Positions 53,161 through 64,000 of a DNA stretch of 64,000 nucleotides are shown one piece after another. The stretch covers positions 110,608,001 to 110,672,000 of the forward strand of contig NC_042999.1 of the NCBI RefSeq assembly GCF_006345805.1, given 5' to 3'. Position numbers and translations under genes: made by a program. Origin of the DNA: Octopus sinensis (taxonomy: Eukaryota). Under the pieces are notes generated by a model, which searched no databases, was not told the origin of the DNA, and saw only the letters and a list, made by a program, of their open reading frames with translations. Numbering within the stretch: position 1 is the stretch's first letter; each line of letters starts with the position of its first letter.

Positions 53161-53907
53161 CAATGAATAGCTTGCTATAAATAACAATATGACACTCATA
53201 TCACACTGTACCATCTCTAAAAAGAAACAAGGCGAATACACATTGGATATAGTATTCCTAGATATATTATTCTTGAAAGATATGTAATGTTCACATCTGG
53301 AATTCATTTAGTCCTACATCTGCTTCATTGTGGTTTACCTAGAGTTAAACAACAATGATAACATCAGTATCTTTTCAAAACAACAAGATGTTTCTAATGA
53401 CTGATTTTCTGGTTTTATTGTCCAAGTAGTAAAACTACTCAGTTCCCCATGAACATAGCTGTATCATATCAAACACTTATAAGCAAACCATTGATTACAG
53501 CAAATACTCCAGATATTCTAAGTTAGCTACAAGATATTCAGTGAGTCACTTTGGGTCTGTCTTCAGTATTTGATCAGCTCTCCAGTCGTGACATCTCTAA
53601 TGTAGTGCATGGTATCATGAGATTTATTTCATTGTCATTTTAAAAGATGAAAGGAATTTGTGTTAAGAGATTTGGCTACAACATAAAGTAGGTCAAGAGA
53701 CTACACAGAAGCTCTCTCTTACTGGCTTGATAGTGGCTGTATCTTTTTTTTTTTTATTAATGTTCAGTGGTCTGTACTTCGTTCAAAGTTAAGCATATGT
53801 ATTTACTAGGCCTGGCAATGAATGATCTTGTATAACATTGAATCTTCATTTTCATTTTTTAAATTTTCTTTTTTGTTATATTGTTCTTTATTTCCCTGTT
53901 TGATATG

Positions 53908-54106
53908 TCAACCATAACATGGAGTGAATTCGAATTCTTCAAGCCACACAATGGCTGTATCAAATTTTCTGGATGGTTCAACAGTTTTTGCTTGAGTGGA
54001 TCTTGTTATAACAATTCTTTGCTTTTGACCTAGTTGCACTGATATTATTATATCAATCCTGGCAAGTTTCATAGAATTAAGATGTTTTAACAGTAGTGGT
54101 GTTGAG
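53908..54106 (-). CDS. Candidate terminal exon, unknown protein
   Basis: TATTTTTATTTAG acceptor, then 65 open codons STPLLLKHLNSMKLARIDIIISVQLGQKQRIVITRSTQAKTVEPSRKFDTAIVWLEEFEFTPCYG*; other frames close early; AATAAA downstream. Confidence 0.4.
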
Positions 54107-55070
54107 CTAAATAAAAATACACACACGCATACAAAAAAACAAACAAAAAAACGGAATTGGTTTATTGGTATAGTGTTTAATTCGGATTTCTTTAGTATTA
54201 AGCTGATGAGGAACAAGTTCCACAAGCACTGAGTTCTGTTTTACAGCAGATACTGCTCCTTGAATGCTTGTGAACTTAATTATTAGCTAGGCCAACTAAA
54301 GCAATAAAAAAATAAAGAATTTTAGTCTGAGACCTCTGGTAAAACTGTAAAATTGACACAGACAAATGGGTCATTAAAGAATAGGATAAAATACCTTGGG
54401 GTATTTGCCTCAGTTCTCAGTACTCTGAGTTCAAATCTCATCAGAGTGAGCATTGTCTTTCATCTTCTTGGAATCCAGTCTAAGATGACGCTTTAGAGAA
54501 TTTACCTCAATTCTCAGTACTGTGAGTTCAAATCTCATCAGAGACAATGTTATCTTTCATCTTTTTGGAGTCTAGTCCTGATTGACTGACTTAATCCATC
54601 ACCTGGTTTAAGACTTCTACTTGGGCCTCGGAAGCCTTTAGTTGAGTTCACTCTACTGTACGCATTTACACCAAGTCTCCAGTTTGGAAATAACTTCCTT
54701 TCTTTTTTCCTTCTTTCTTCCTCTAAATTATCTCAGAGGCCTTAAAGGGGTAACAGATCATATGCAGTGCTATTATTTTAGTGACGAAACCCTAAAAGTA
54801 AAGGAGACACATGCAAACACTCACATATGTATATATGAACAATAATGTACACACCTATACATGTATGTATATACAAATAATGAGACACATACAACATACT
54901 ACAATAGTTAGTCCATTGTATCACATAAAGACACTCATGCTTGGCACAATCTACTAACTTGCCAGCTCCTGTCAAACTGTGCAACACATACCAGCCTTGG
55001 AAAGTGGACATTAAATGAGGATGATAATGATGACATAAATATATGTGTGTGTATATATATATATTTATTA

Positions 55071-55231
55071 GGTGCAGGAGTGGATGTGTGGTAAGTAGCC
55101 AGCTTCCCAACCACATGGTTCTAGGTTTAGTCCCACTGCATGGAACCTTGGGCAGACGCCTTCTACTGTAGCCTCAAGCTGACCAAAGCCTTGGGAGTCA
55201 ATTTGGTTGACAGAAACGGAAAGAAGCTTGT

Positions 55232-55288
<57 letters not shown>

Positions 55289-55500
55289 ATGTATTTGTGT
55301 GTCTGTGTTTGTCACCCCACCATTGCCTGACGACCAACGTAGGTGTGTTTATGTCCCCATAACTTAGTGGTTCGGGAAAAGTGACTAATGGTATAAGTAC
55401 TTAAGTACTAGGCTTACAAAGAATAAGTCCTGGGGTTGATTTATTTAACTAAAGGTGGTGCTCCAGCATGGACACAGTCAAATGACTGAAATGAATAAAA
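55071..55500 (+). mobile_element. Full-length SINE family C
   Basis: GGTGCAGGAGTGGATGTGTGGTAAG head, GGTTTAGTCCC B-box-like, internal (TA)n, conserved tail. Confidence 0.88.
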
Positions 55501-55504
55501 GAAT

Positions 55505-55730
55505 ATATATAGTTCAAATTTGCAGAAAACAAAAGATAAAGACAGGTGTTGGAACCACAAGCAGGTGTATTAGTTTAACACTTGGGAAGAATGGAAAAGA
55601 CTTTTATGCTTGAAGCCTATGCTCTTTGACAGAATGCATTAAGAGGGAAAAATGGGGAGAGAGTGAAAAAAAAAATGGAGTGAGGAAAAATTGTGTAAAG
55701 GTTAATGGTTCATTTTACATGCTCCATTCC
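55505..55730 (-). mobile_element. Hammerhead-motif short element, copy 2 (most decayed)
   Basis: Minus strand CTGTCAAAGAGCATAGGCTTCAAGCATAAAAG plus the family body AACTAATACACCTG...ACACCTGTCTT. Confidence 0.65.
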
Positions 55731-55769
55731 CTCGGTTTTTACACACAAAAACACACCCACACACACGCA

Positions 55770-56410
55770 TGGAAAGTGTAGTCTAAATTACGCAAAAATA
55801 AAAATAACACTGACATTTCATTTTAACAGATATATTTACCAAAATTACATAAAAATATATTGAAATACTAAAGAGTAAATTGATTCAATAGAATTGTCAT
55901 TGCCTTCAACTATTGTCTCCAGCCAACTGTGGAATCTCCTGCAACTCTTCTGGACAGTTTCTTTGTTTAAGTTGACGAATGCTGCCATAATCCTTGCCTT
56001 CAGTTCATCTTTGGTGTTACAAGGAGTTTTGTTGGTCTCTCACTCAACTGTGCCCCACACATAATAATCAAGGGGGATTGCAGTCTGGGGAGTTAGGTGG
56101 CTAGATATTAGGGGTGATGTGGTTGCAGAAATTCTCTTATAGCCATGACTGGGTTCTCCTGCTTGTGTGGCATGGTGCAGAGTCTTGTTGCCCGACATAG
56201 GGTCTTCCAGCAGCCACTCTATTTACTCAGAACAGCTCTACCTCCTCCAGGCACTTGAGGAGGTAGTGCTGCGTGTTGAGTCTGAGGCTGTTTGGGAAGA
56301 TGAGTGGATGCATAACGTCACCCTCACTAGGTATCACTCCAGACACCATGATGTTGACTGGATGTTTGATTTTTATTATACACAGCAACCCTAGTTACTA
56401 ACCACGAACT
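55770..56410 (-). mobile_element. Tc1/mariner superfamily maT-type (DD37D) transposase C-terminal relic
   Basis: HPVNIMVSGVI...GRPYVGQQDSAPCHTSRRTQSWL*ENFCNHITPNI*PPNSPDCNP/LDYYVWG; 37 residues between the second and third D after correcting a +1 frameshift. Confidence 0.88.
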
Positions 56411-56642
56411 ATAAACTAACATTTTTCAGCTTATTGAACTTCGCTATGGGAAAAACTCACAATGTTAAAAAACTATTATTGTTCCTGAAAGTTGTTTTTT
56501 ATACTTTCTATGGACTACTCAAAGCTTTACTAACTTCTGACACCTCAATCCTTTGGACCTTACATTTACATATTATATACGCATATCTTCAGTATGTATG
56601 TATACATACATACATACATACATACATACATACATACATACA

Positions 56643-56890
56643 TACAGTGAGATTGGACACACTGATCAATTTTATACAGAGGGTGGCATTAAGGGAACAG
56701 AAATAAACAAGCATTAATCTCAATGGGTTGAGGTACTCCCAAAAGTTTGCGATTTCAGACGGTCCAGTATGTAGGAGTATGTCGAAAGTGTTAAGTGGGT
56801 AAAATCCCTGCCAAACCAGATATAACATCTTAATGGGTAATTGTTGGCACAGGAGATATAGAAGATTTCAATACAAGGTCAGAGGTGGGC
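56643..56890. mobile_element. Possible Tc1-like terminal fragment
   Basis: TA-CAGTG start only. Confidence 0.3.
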
Positions 56891-56936
56891 TAAACTTCAA
56901 AATGGAAAACACAAGCAATGCCAGGTCCAAAAGCTA

Positions 56937-57056
<120 letters not shown>

Positions 57057-57719
57057 TCATATATATATATATGTTATGTATATCTATATTTCTGTGTGTG
57101 TATGTTGTATATATATATATATATATATATAACATTTTACCTATCTTTGTCATTAGTCTGTGGCCATATTCATTAATGTAGTATATGGATTTCACAGTTT
57201 TCATTTCTTTTAAACTTAGTAAATCCCTAACCGATCTATAGTGCTAGCCTTCAAATCATGCCATTTCAAATATTCTTCCCAGATCGGGTGCAATTTTTTT
57301 TCATGAACAGATGTGTCCTATCATTCATAACAAATCAGACAGTTAGCCATATAATCAGAGAACTTACTGAAGAATTCCAACATAACTATCACTCTGACAC
57401 ACTACTAGAGTGCAAGACTGACAGACCAATTCCTTTGTTAAAAGAAAAGAAAAATTTGAAAATCCTCAAAAAATCCCAAAACACTTCACATGAAATATTT
57501 AGTTGTAATGTTAGCTTTCCTGTTTTCCATACATTTGCTAATTTCTTAACTTCCAAATAAATTTTTTTTATTACCAGAAGTACAGTTGTATATTTTTTCT
57601 TAATGAAATTGAAATGAATTTTTTGAAATAAAGTTTATATAATTTTTTTTCCTGAATTAAATTAAGTTTTTCATTGGTTTGTAACACTTTCTGTCATCAC
57701 TACTGATAGATGTGTGCGT

Positions 57720-58210
57720 GTGTTTGTGTGTGGATGTGTGTGTGTGTTTGTGTTTGTGTGTGGATGTGTGTGTGTTTGTGTGTGCATGTGTGTGTATAGT
57801 TGTTAGTATGAAAGTGTGTCTGTGCATGTATGAATTCTTGTATGTTTATTTAAAAGGTATTTTTTAAACTTTGCCTTATTTCTTTTTTTATACATTGCAG
57901 CAGAGGATATATTTTTTCATGACACACACAAGTAAAGCATACACATGGAAAACACATACTTCCATATATAAATATATATATAAATGTGTAAATATATATG
58001 TATATATGTATATGTATATATATATATGTGGATATATTTATATATACATACACACACACATATATACACATACTTCACACACACACAATTATGTGTATGT
58101 ATAAATATATACATATACATACATATATATATGTGTGTATATATATATATATATATCCACATATATTTACATACGTAAGTACATACGTAAGTACATACAT
58201 GCATACATAT

Positions 58211-58281
<71 letters not shown>

Positions 58282-58570
58282 CACACGCATTATACTTACA
58301 TACATATATATATATATATATTTATGCAAATTATGTACAGAGATACATTTATTCACATTTATATAAATGTATGTATTTATATTTACCTGCGTATATTCGT
58401 GCTTGACATTGTGTTTATATATTCATATTATATGTGTACATGTATGCTGGCTAGTTAGACTCGATTTCAGCATTCTAATTTCATATGGCATATTCTAGCA
58501 TTCATATAAACACACCTACATACACAAATACACAAACACACAAACACACACACACACATGCATGCATGCA
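57720..58570. repeat. (TG)n/(TA)n/(CA)n field
   Basis: Directly visible. Confidence 0.95.
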
Positions 58571-58869
58571 TGCATAATCAATTTAAATGAAAAGAAAATA
58601 GTCCTTAGTTATTTTACTGATAAGAAACTTAAATATAGTGTTAATTGCAAAACTCTCTTCATGATGAGATTTGATTGGAAACAGTAATATCTGTGTTGTT
58701 ATTAGATTTATATTTTTATGCAATATATATCTATTTTTATGTTTGTATTTGTATTTGGGAACAAAAGTGTTCTTACATGCTTCCATGTACATGCTCCCAA
58801 TGGACCAATATCTGGTTCTTTAGGTTTCTGATGATGAGAAGGTAAAGGTAAGATAAAGCAAGGTAAAGT

Positions 58870-59110
58870 TACTTTCTCGAGTCATACAGACTCATAAGGG
58901 CTGGTTTCTCCGTTTCATGGCATATACATTCCCAACCTGGATGGGACGCTAGTCCATTGCATGATTACTCACTTTTGCCAGCTGAGTGGACTGGGGCAAC
59001 ATGAAATGTAGTGTTTTGCTCAATAACACAAGGCGACACTCAATCCAGGAATTGAAACCCCAATCTTACAATCATGAGTCCAACACTGTAACCACTAAGC
59101 CATATGCTTT
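58870..59110 (-). mobile_element. SINE family E-related copy
   Basis: GCCAGCTGAGTGGACTGGGGCAACATGAAATG core; similar copy at ~39130-39330. Confidence 0.75.
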
Positions 59111-60174
59111 CTGTAACCACTAAGCCATATGCTGTCCATATGAGATGGACAAATGTATGCCTGTAGCTCTGTATCTTAGGGTCACACAAGAGACTTTATT
59201 CCTAAAGTACTGTTTTCTTTTTAGTTTTCTGTCTAGTGTTTCAGTCTCTTATTGATGTGCATCAGGGAAGGACACCTGCATGCAGACAGAAAATACACAT
59301 GCAAACAAACACACATATACATATATACAACATAAACACTTCCCTAATATAGCTAGGACTGCATCCCAAAAACTAGCCTTTCTCAGAGATGGAAATTATT
59401 GCATCACCTAGAAGCTACCAACACTCTGCAACAACCTCGCTCAAATGTTTTTTTAAAAATAAGTTGATGAACAGACAGTCATGGCTGGGATGCATTTGAC
59501 TTTTAGTTTGTTTGATTAGGGCTGATCTGGGACTAAACAACAACAATATCACAACATTCAGTAATCCAATAAGAAAATCACAGTAGTTGTACAATACAAT
59601 GTAAAATAATACAAATATCACATAAATATATCTGTGATTTTTAATTAAAATTTAGAACAAATGGATATTTAATTATAAACAATTATCTACAAATAAATCT
59701 TATAATTATAAGAAATGGCATTTTAATTAAGTATTTAATAATTAATTATTCTCTCCTTAAACTCACATCAGTACTTTCATTTTCACTTTCACTACCTTCC
59801 TCTAATGGAGCTTCTACATGGACACTCAATTTGCTAGATATAGCAGTCAAATATCCCTAAAATCATTCCTTGCAGTCTTAAAAAAATGAGCATGTTAATG
59901 TGGTCTTGAATTCTTTGCATGTAGTAAAAAGATGGGTTGATCATTGCAGGAATGTCTTTTATCTTAGTGTTCTGCAACAATGACTCTTACATAGCATAAT
60001 ATTTAAGAGGCACAGGCATGGCTGTATGGTAAAAAGTTTGCTTCTCAATCACATCGTTCTGGGTTCAGTGCCACTGTGTGACACTTTGGACAAGTATCCT
60101 CCACTATAGCTTTAAGCTGACCAAAGCTTTGTAAGTAGATTTGGTACATAGAAATGGAAAGAATCCTGTCATAT

Positions 60175-60345
60175 ATATATATAATTGAAATTTACAGAAA
60201 AACATAAGATGAAGACAGGTGTATAAACAACAAGCAGGTGTATTAGTTTGATGCTTGGGAAAGTGAGAAAGTCTTTTATATTTCGAGCCTATGCTCTTCA
60301 ACAACAGAAAGAAATAAGAGAAAGAGAGAAAATAAAAAAAAAACT
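60175..60345 (-). mobile_element. Hammerhead-motif short element, copy 3, inside a split SINE C (60010-60690)
   Basis: Minus strand TCTTT-CTGTTG(TTG)A-A-GAGC-ATAG-GCTC-GAAAT-ATA-AAAGA. Confidence 0.75.
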
Positions 60346-61104
60346 TGTGGATTTAACGATTAGGCATAGTAGCTGGTTGGGAAAAAAACGTTTTGACAGA
60401 AGAGGTAGAGAGCAGAGGAGATAATAAAATATTGGTGATCCCACTATAAATATATGTATCTATGTATATAAATGATTATGTGTGTGTTTTTGTGTCTGTT
60501 TGTTCCCTTCCACTGCTTGACAACCAGTGTTGGAGTGTTTACATCTCACATCTCCATAAATTAGTAGATTGGCAAAAGAGACCAATAGAATAAATACCAG
60601 GCTTTACTGGGGTTAATTCATTTGAATAAATTCTTTGAAGTAGTACCCCAGTATGGCTGCAAGTCTAATGACTGAAACAAGTAAAAGAAAACATCTATAT
60701 CCTTTCCGAACAATCAACTTATTACATCACTACCATACTATTCTTCTCCAACCATTTTACTACTTTTCCAAAAAAATCAAACTTTGCTCATTCCAGCATG
60801 CTGACGACTATTTAAAAGCTTTTATCCCTACATGTTCAGGACCAGTGTTTGTATTAGACAAATTTGATTACTACTTAGGGAGCTAAAATCGGGTGACTAG
60901 GCAAATTTTGACAACTGAGATGAGATTTATTAATCCAAATAAAGTTCAAACACTTACTAGTGCAGCCATGTCTGTGTGCTTAAAAAGCTTGCTTTGTGAC
61001 CTCATAGTGTTGGGTTCATTTCCACCGTACAGCACCACTTTGGACTGACCAAGGCTTTGTGAGTGAATTTGGTACATGGACACTGTGTAGAAGCCTGTTT
61101 TATG

Positions 61105-61182
<78 letters not shown>

Positions 61183-61191
61183 AATAAACTA

Positions 61192-61296
61192 ATAAGGAGA
61201 ATACAGAAGGCGGTCGAAAAAGCCAGCTTCTATATATGGCTGAAGCAAGAAGACCAAAAATGGCTTGAAAGTCATAACATGCTGGCAGGAAAATAA
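61192..61296 (+). mobile_element. NeSL/HERO-like RLE LINE extreme C-terminus
   Basis: IRRIQKAVEKASFYIWLKQED resembles the AERASxWLWxKR terminal motif of this group (recalled family motif). Confidence 0.5.
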
Positions 61297-61389
61297 CATC
61301 ACTAGGTGAGACAGCATGACACTGAATTAGCTTCGCTGATTGACAGGTGACGGTCTCATTTAGAGAATGCGTGGGCTAAGACTATGTGT

Positions 61390-61500
61390 CCTCCATTGGT
61401 CAGTAAATTTGAGAGAGTGTCACGTGACAACTTGCTGGGGCTGCCTGCTGGAGCCTAGCAGCAGGTATTTAAAGGGAAATTTGACAAGACAGTCAGTCGC
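61390..61500 (+). promoter_or_regulatory. Pol II promoter-like cassette (probably mobile-element borne)
   Basis: ATTGG 61395, palindromic GTCACGTGAC 61419-61428, TATTTAAA 61466-61473, Inr-like TCAGT 61493; GC/CpG-richer than the flanks. Confidence 0.4.
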
Positions 61501-62020
61501 CCGCTGACACTCGTTGATGTTACATCGAAGAGGCCAGGGAACAGAAAATAGAAGAAGAAAGAAGACATGCACTCAACACCAGAGCTGAAGACACCTCCGA
61601 AAGTGGGTGGGGGCGCCACGTCAAAACGGTAGAGGAGTAGGGGCCAAAACCAGATGTGGTTCATCTTGATGATGTCTTGAGCTAACTGGATCCTATAAAG
61701 GAGCTCTTGTGGTGGCAGACCTCGAAACACGGTTGAAATTCCTATGTATGTGGCGGTGTGTGTGAGTGTAGTGTCAGTGTTTGTGTTCGTACTCCCATCA
61801 CTTGACATCTAGTATTGCTTTATTCAAATCCTTGTAAATTAACAGTTCAACAAAAGCAACCAATAGAAAATATACCACACTTAAACAATAAGTACTTGGG
61901 TAAATTTGTTCAACTGAACCCTTTATGTGCAGTATCCCAGTATGGTCACAGTGCAATGACTGAAACAAAAAGAAGATAAAAGATATAAAGAGAGTAGGTG
62001 AGGTTACTTTTGAAACATGC

Positions 62021-62391
62021 TAATTAATGCATTTGAGCTTTGGTGTTGGAGAAGACTTTTACGGATTCCATGGACAGTGAGGCTCACCAATGGAGAAGTT
62101 CTTAAGCAGATAAGGCCGAAAATGCCGCTAGAAGCTAGGATCACCAAGCATAGATTGGCATATTTCGGTCATATTATGTGGAGAAAATCCCTGGAGAAGG
62201 ACATCATGCTCGGAATGGTCAGTGGCAAGAGAGGAAGAGGCCGACCAAGAACCCGCTGGCTTGATACCATCAAGAATGATACCGGAATGGACATAGCCAA
62301 TCTGAAAGAAGCGGCCCAGGATAGAACTGACTGGAGGACACTGATCCAACAAGTGACCGAGAGTCGACTTCGACTGAGTGGATAGAGAGAG
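62021..62391 (+). mobile_element. RTE-BovB-like LINE 3' end, 5'-truncated, uninterrupted frame
   Basis: AFELWCWRRLLRIPWT..RLAYFGHIM..SLEKDIMLG..GKRGRGRPRTRWLD..DRTDWR..VTESRLRL matches the BovB-type ORF C-terminus; (GA)n tail. Confidence 0.88.
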
Positions 62392-62971
62392 AATGATTCT
62401 TCCAGCTCACCACCTTGCACTTTGATACATCAATTTCAAATTTTGGCACAAGGCCAGAGATTTTGTGAGAGGGAATAAGTTGATTAGATTGACCCCGGTG
62501 CTGAACTGGTACTTATTTTATCGACCCAAAAAGGATGAATGGCAACATCAGCTTTGGTGAAATTTGAACTCAGAATGTAAAGATGAATGAAATGCTACTT
62601 AGCTTTCTGTCCAGCATGCTAACAATTCTGCCAGTTCATTACCTTAACTCACCCACTAATATTACAAGTCAATTGAGAGAGCCTATATATGGTTGCCTGG
62701 CTTAGAAAAAACAGTCAAATTTTGTATAAATTCACATCAAAGTCTTACTATCTACTCACTGGATCATCATCCATGCTCAAGAGCATCCTCAACTCTCTCT
62801 TTTGTTCTTCCTCAGTTATTGGGACCCTTAAGGACCTTAGCCTTGCTCAAGTTATGAGGTAATTGCTTCTGGTGCTAGTGCCACAATAATAAACCCAGTA
62901 GACTCTATAAAGTGGTTGTCAAACTATTCAGCCCATGCTTGCATGGGTTGGATGGTTAAATCAGGCATGAG

Positions 62972-63300
62972 CAGGGCCAGATTAAGACCCAGTGAAGCCC
63001 TAAGAACTTAAAAGATTTTGGTACCTCATAAAAGATTATGTAATTCAAAATATAAACAATGACAAACTATAAAATAATTTTTTATTTTCCAAAATGAAAC
63101 AAAACAGTAAGAAGGAAAATAATGTTTGTTTTTGTATACGTCCATTTTATTTATATTTGAAAAGTTTCCTCCTACTTTTTTGAATTGCAAAGTTTTTGAT
63201 CTGATCCTCAAAATTAATCTTAGGTAACACATCAGCATCTATACTTAGTACAGATAAAAGCATCCCGGATATTATTTTAGCAAGTTTAAAGTGATTTCTT
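62972..63300 (-). mobile_element. hAT transposase C-terminal relic with TIR
   Basis: LSVLSIDADVLPKINFEDQIKNFAIQKSRRKLF (hAT dimerisation-domain tail); CAGGGCCAGATTAAG end at 62972. Confidence 0.75.
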
Positions 63301-63391
63301 TTGTACCATAAACCATTTACCATTTCTGTGGTGTCCCTTCTTTCCCTTGATGCCCTAAACACGTGCTTATTTTGCTTAATGGTTAATCCAG

Positions 63392-63566
63392 CACTGGGCA
63401 TGGGCAACCTTGTTTTGAGAAGCAGGCTATATGTGATAGATCTCATCTTCTGACAGGCCTCACTAAAACACTAAAAAAAATGTCAAGATAATTTTTTATT
63501 GGGCATGCCACTCAGAAAGTCCTGTAGGCTGTATGTGGACTAAAGGCTACAGTTTGCCCATGAGTG
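63392..63566. mobile_element. hAT-like MITE
   Basis: CATGGGCAA(C) left and TTGCCCATG right inverted ends. Confidence 0.55.
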
Positions 63567-63579
63567 GGTTAAATGATGG

Positions 63580-63611
<32 letters not shown>

Positions 63612-63969
63612 TAATAGCTAATTAGCTAATTTAATTCTAGATAAATTTTGTCTGTAAACAAGTTAATGTTATTATAGTTGTAATACCTTTGGTCATAACA
63701 TGCTCAGTGAGAGTTAACCTTGGGTTAAACAACAACAATAACAGCAGCAGCAGCAACAAAAACAACAACAACAACTCATGAACTAACACCACAATGACTA
63801 TCAAATAAAGGCAATACTAACAAATATCAAATATGTCAAAAATTTTACTTTGAAAGCACAAAAGCACACACAAAAACACACATAAACACACACACACACA
63901 CACACATGTACACATACATAAATACACACACACACATATATATATATATACTATATAAAAACTCATATA

Positions 63970-64000
<31 letters not shown>

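Noticed and set aside
54410-54600. ~95-bp direct duplication (and short 13-25 bp duplications at 45003, 48420 and 59085)
   Set aside because: Local slippage duplications within SINE or repeat fragments; no functional signal.
57258-57560. 100-aa plus-strand ORF
   Set aside because: No donor or motif; the minus strand has the stronger splice donor.
63147-63446. 99-aa ORF as a single gene
   Set aside because: Chimeric: only the C-terminal part is hAT transposase-like, and the start lies in an adjacent MITE.

Overview
AT-rich eukaryotic (metazoan) genomic DNA dominated by microsatellites ((TA)n, (CA)n, (TAA)n, (GAT)n, (GAA)n) and decayed mobile elements. The repeat families resemble those I associate with Octopus/coleoid cephalopods; this is inference and needs a database search. 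No intact protein-coding gene could be named. Nearly all ORFs in the supplied track are microsatellite translations or transposon fragments. Supported content: Penelope-like (PLE) RT/GIY-YIG remnants; RTE LINE remnants, including a clean BovB-like 3' end; several R4/Dong-type RLE LINE fragments sitting in (TAA)n tracts; a NeSL/HERO-like C-terminus; mariner, maT (DD37D) and hAT relics; TTAA-type MITEs; a Helitron-like element; and many tRNA-derived SINEs of about four families. The most notable signals are (i) a three-copy family of short elements with a minimal type-I hammerhead ribozyme carrying a shared non-canonical core (CUGU instead of CUGA), plus two other hammerhead-like relics; (ii) a TSD-flanked foldback insertion with about 142-bp arms; (iii) (TAA)n-targeted Dong-like LINEs with a candidate non-coding partner element; and (iv) a few unassigned candidate exons, best at about 17.6-19.9 kb and 53.9-62.8 kb. 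Repeat boundaries are approximate, read by eye.
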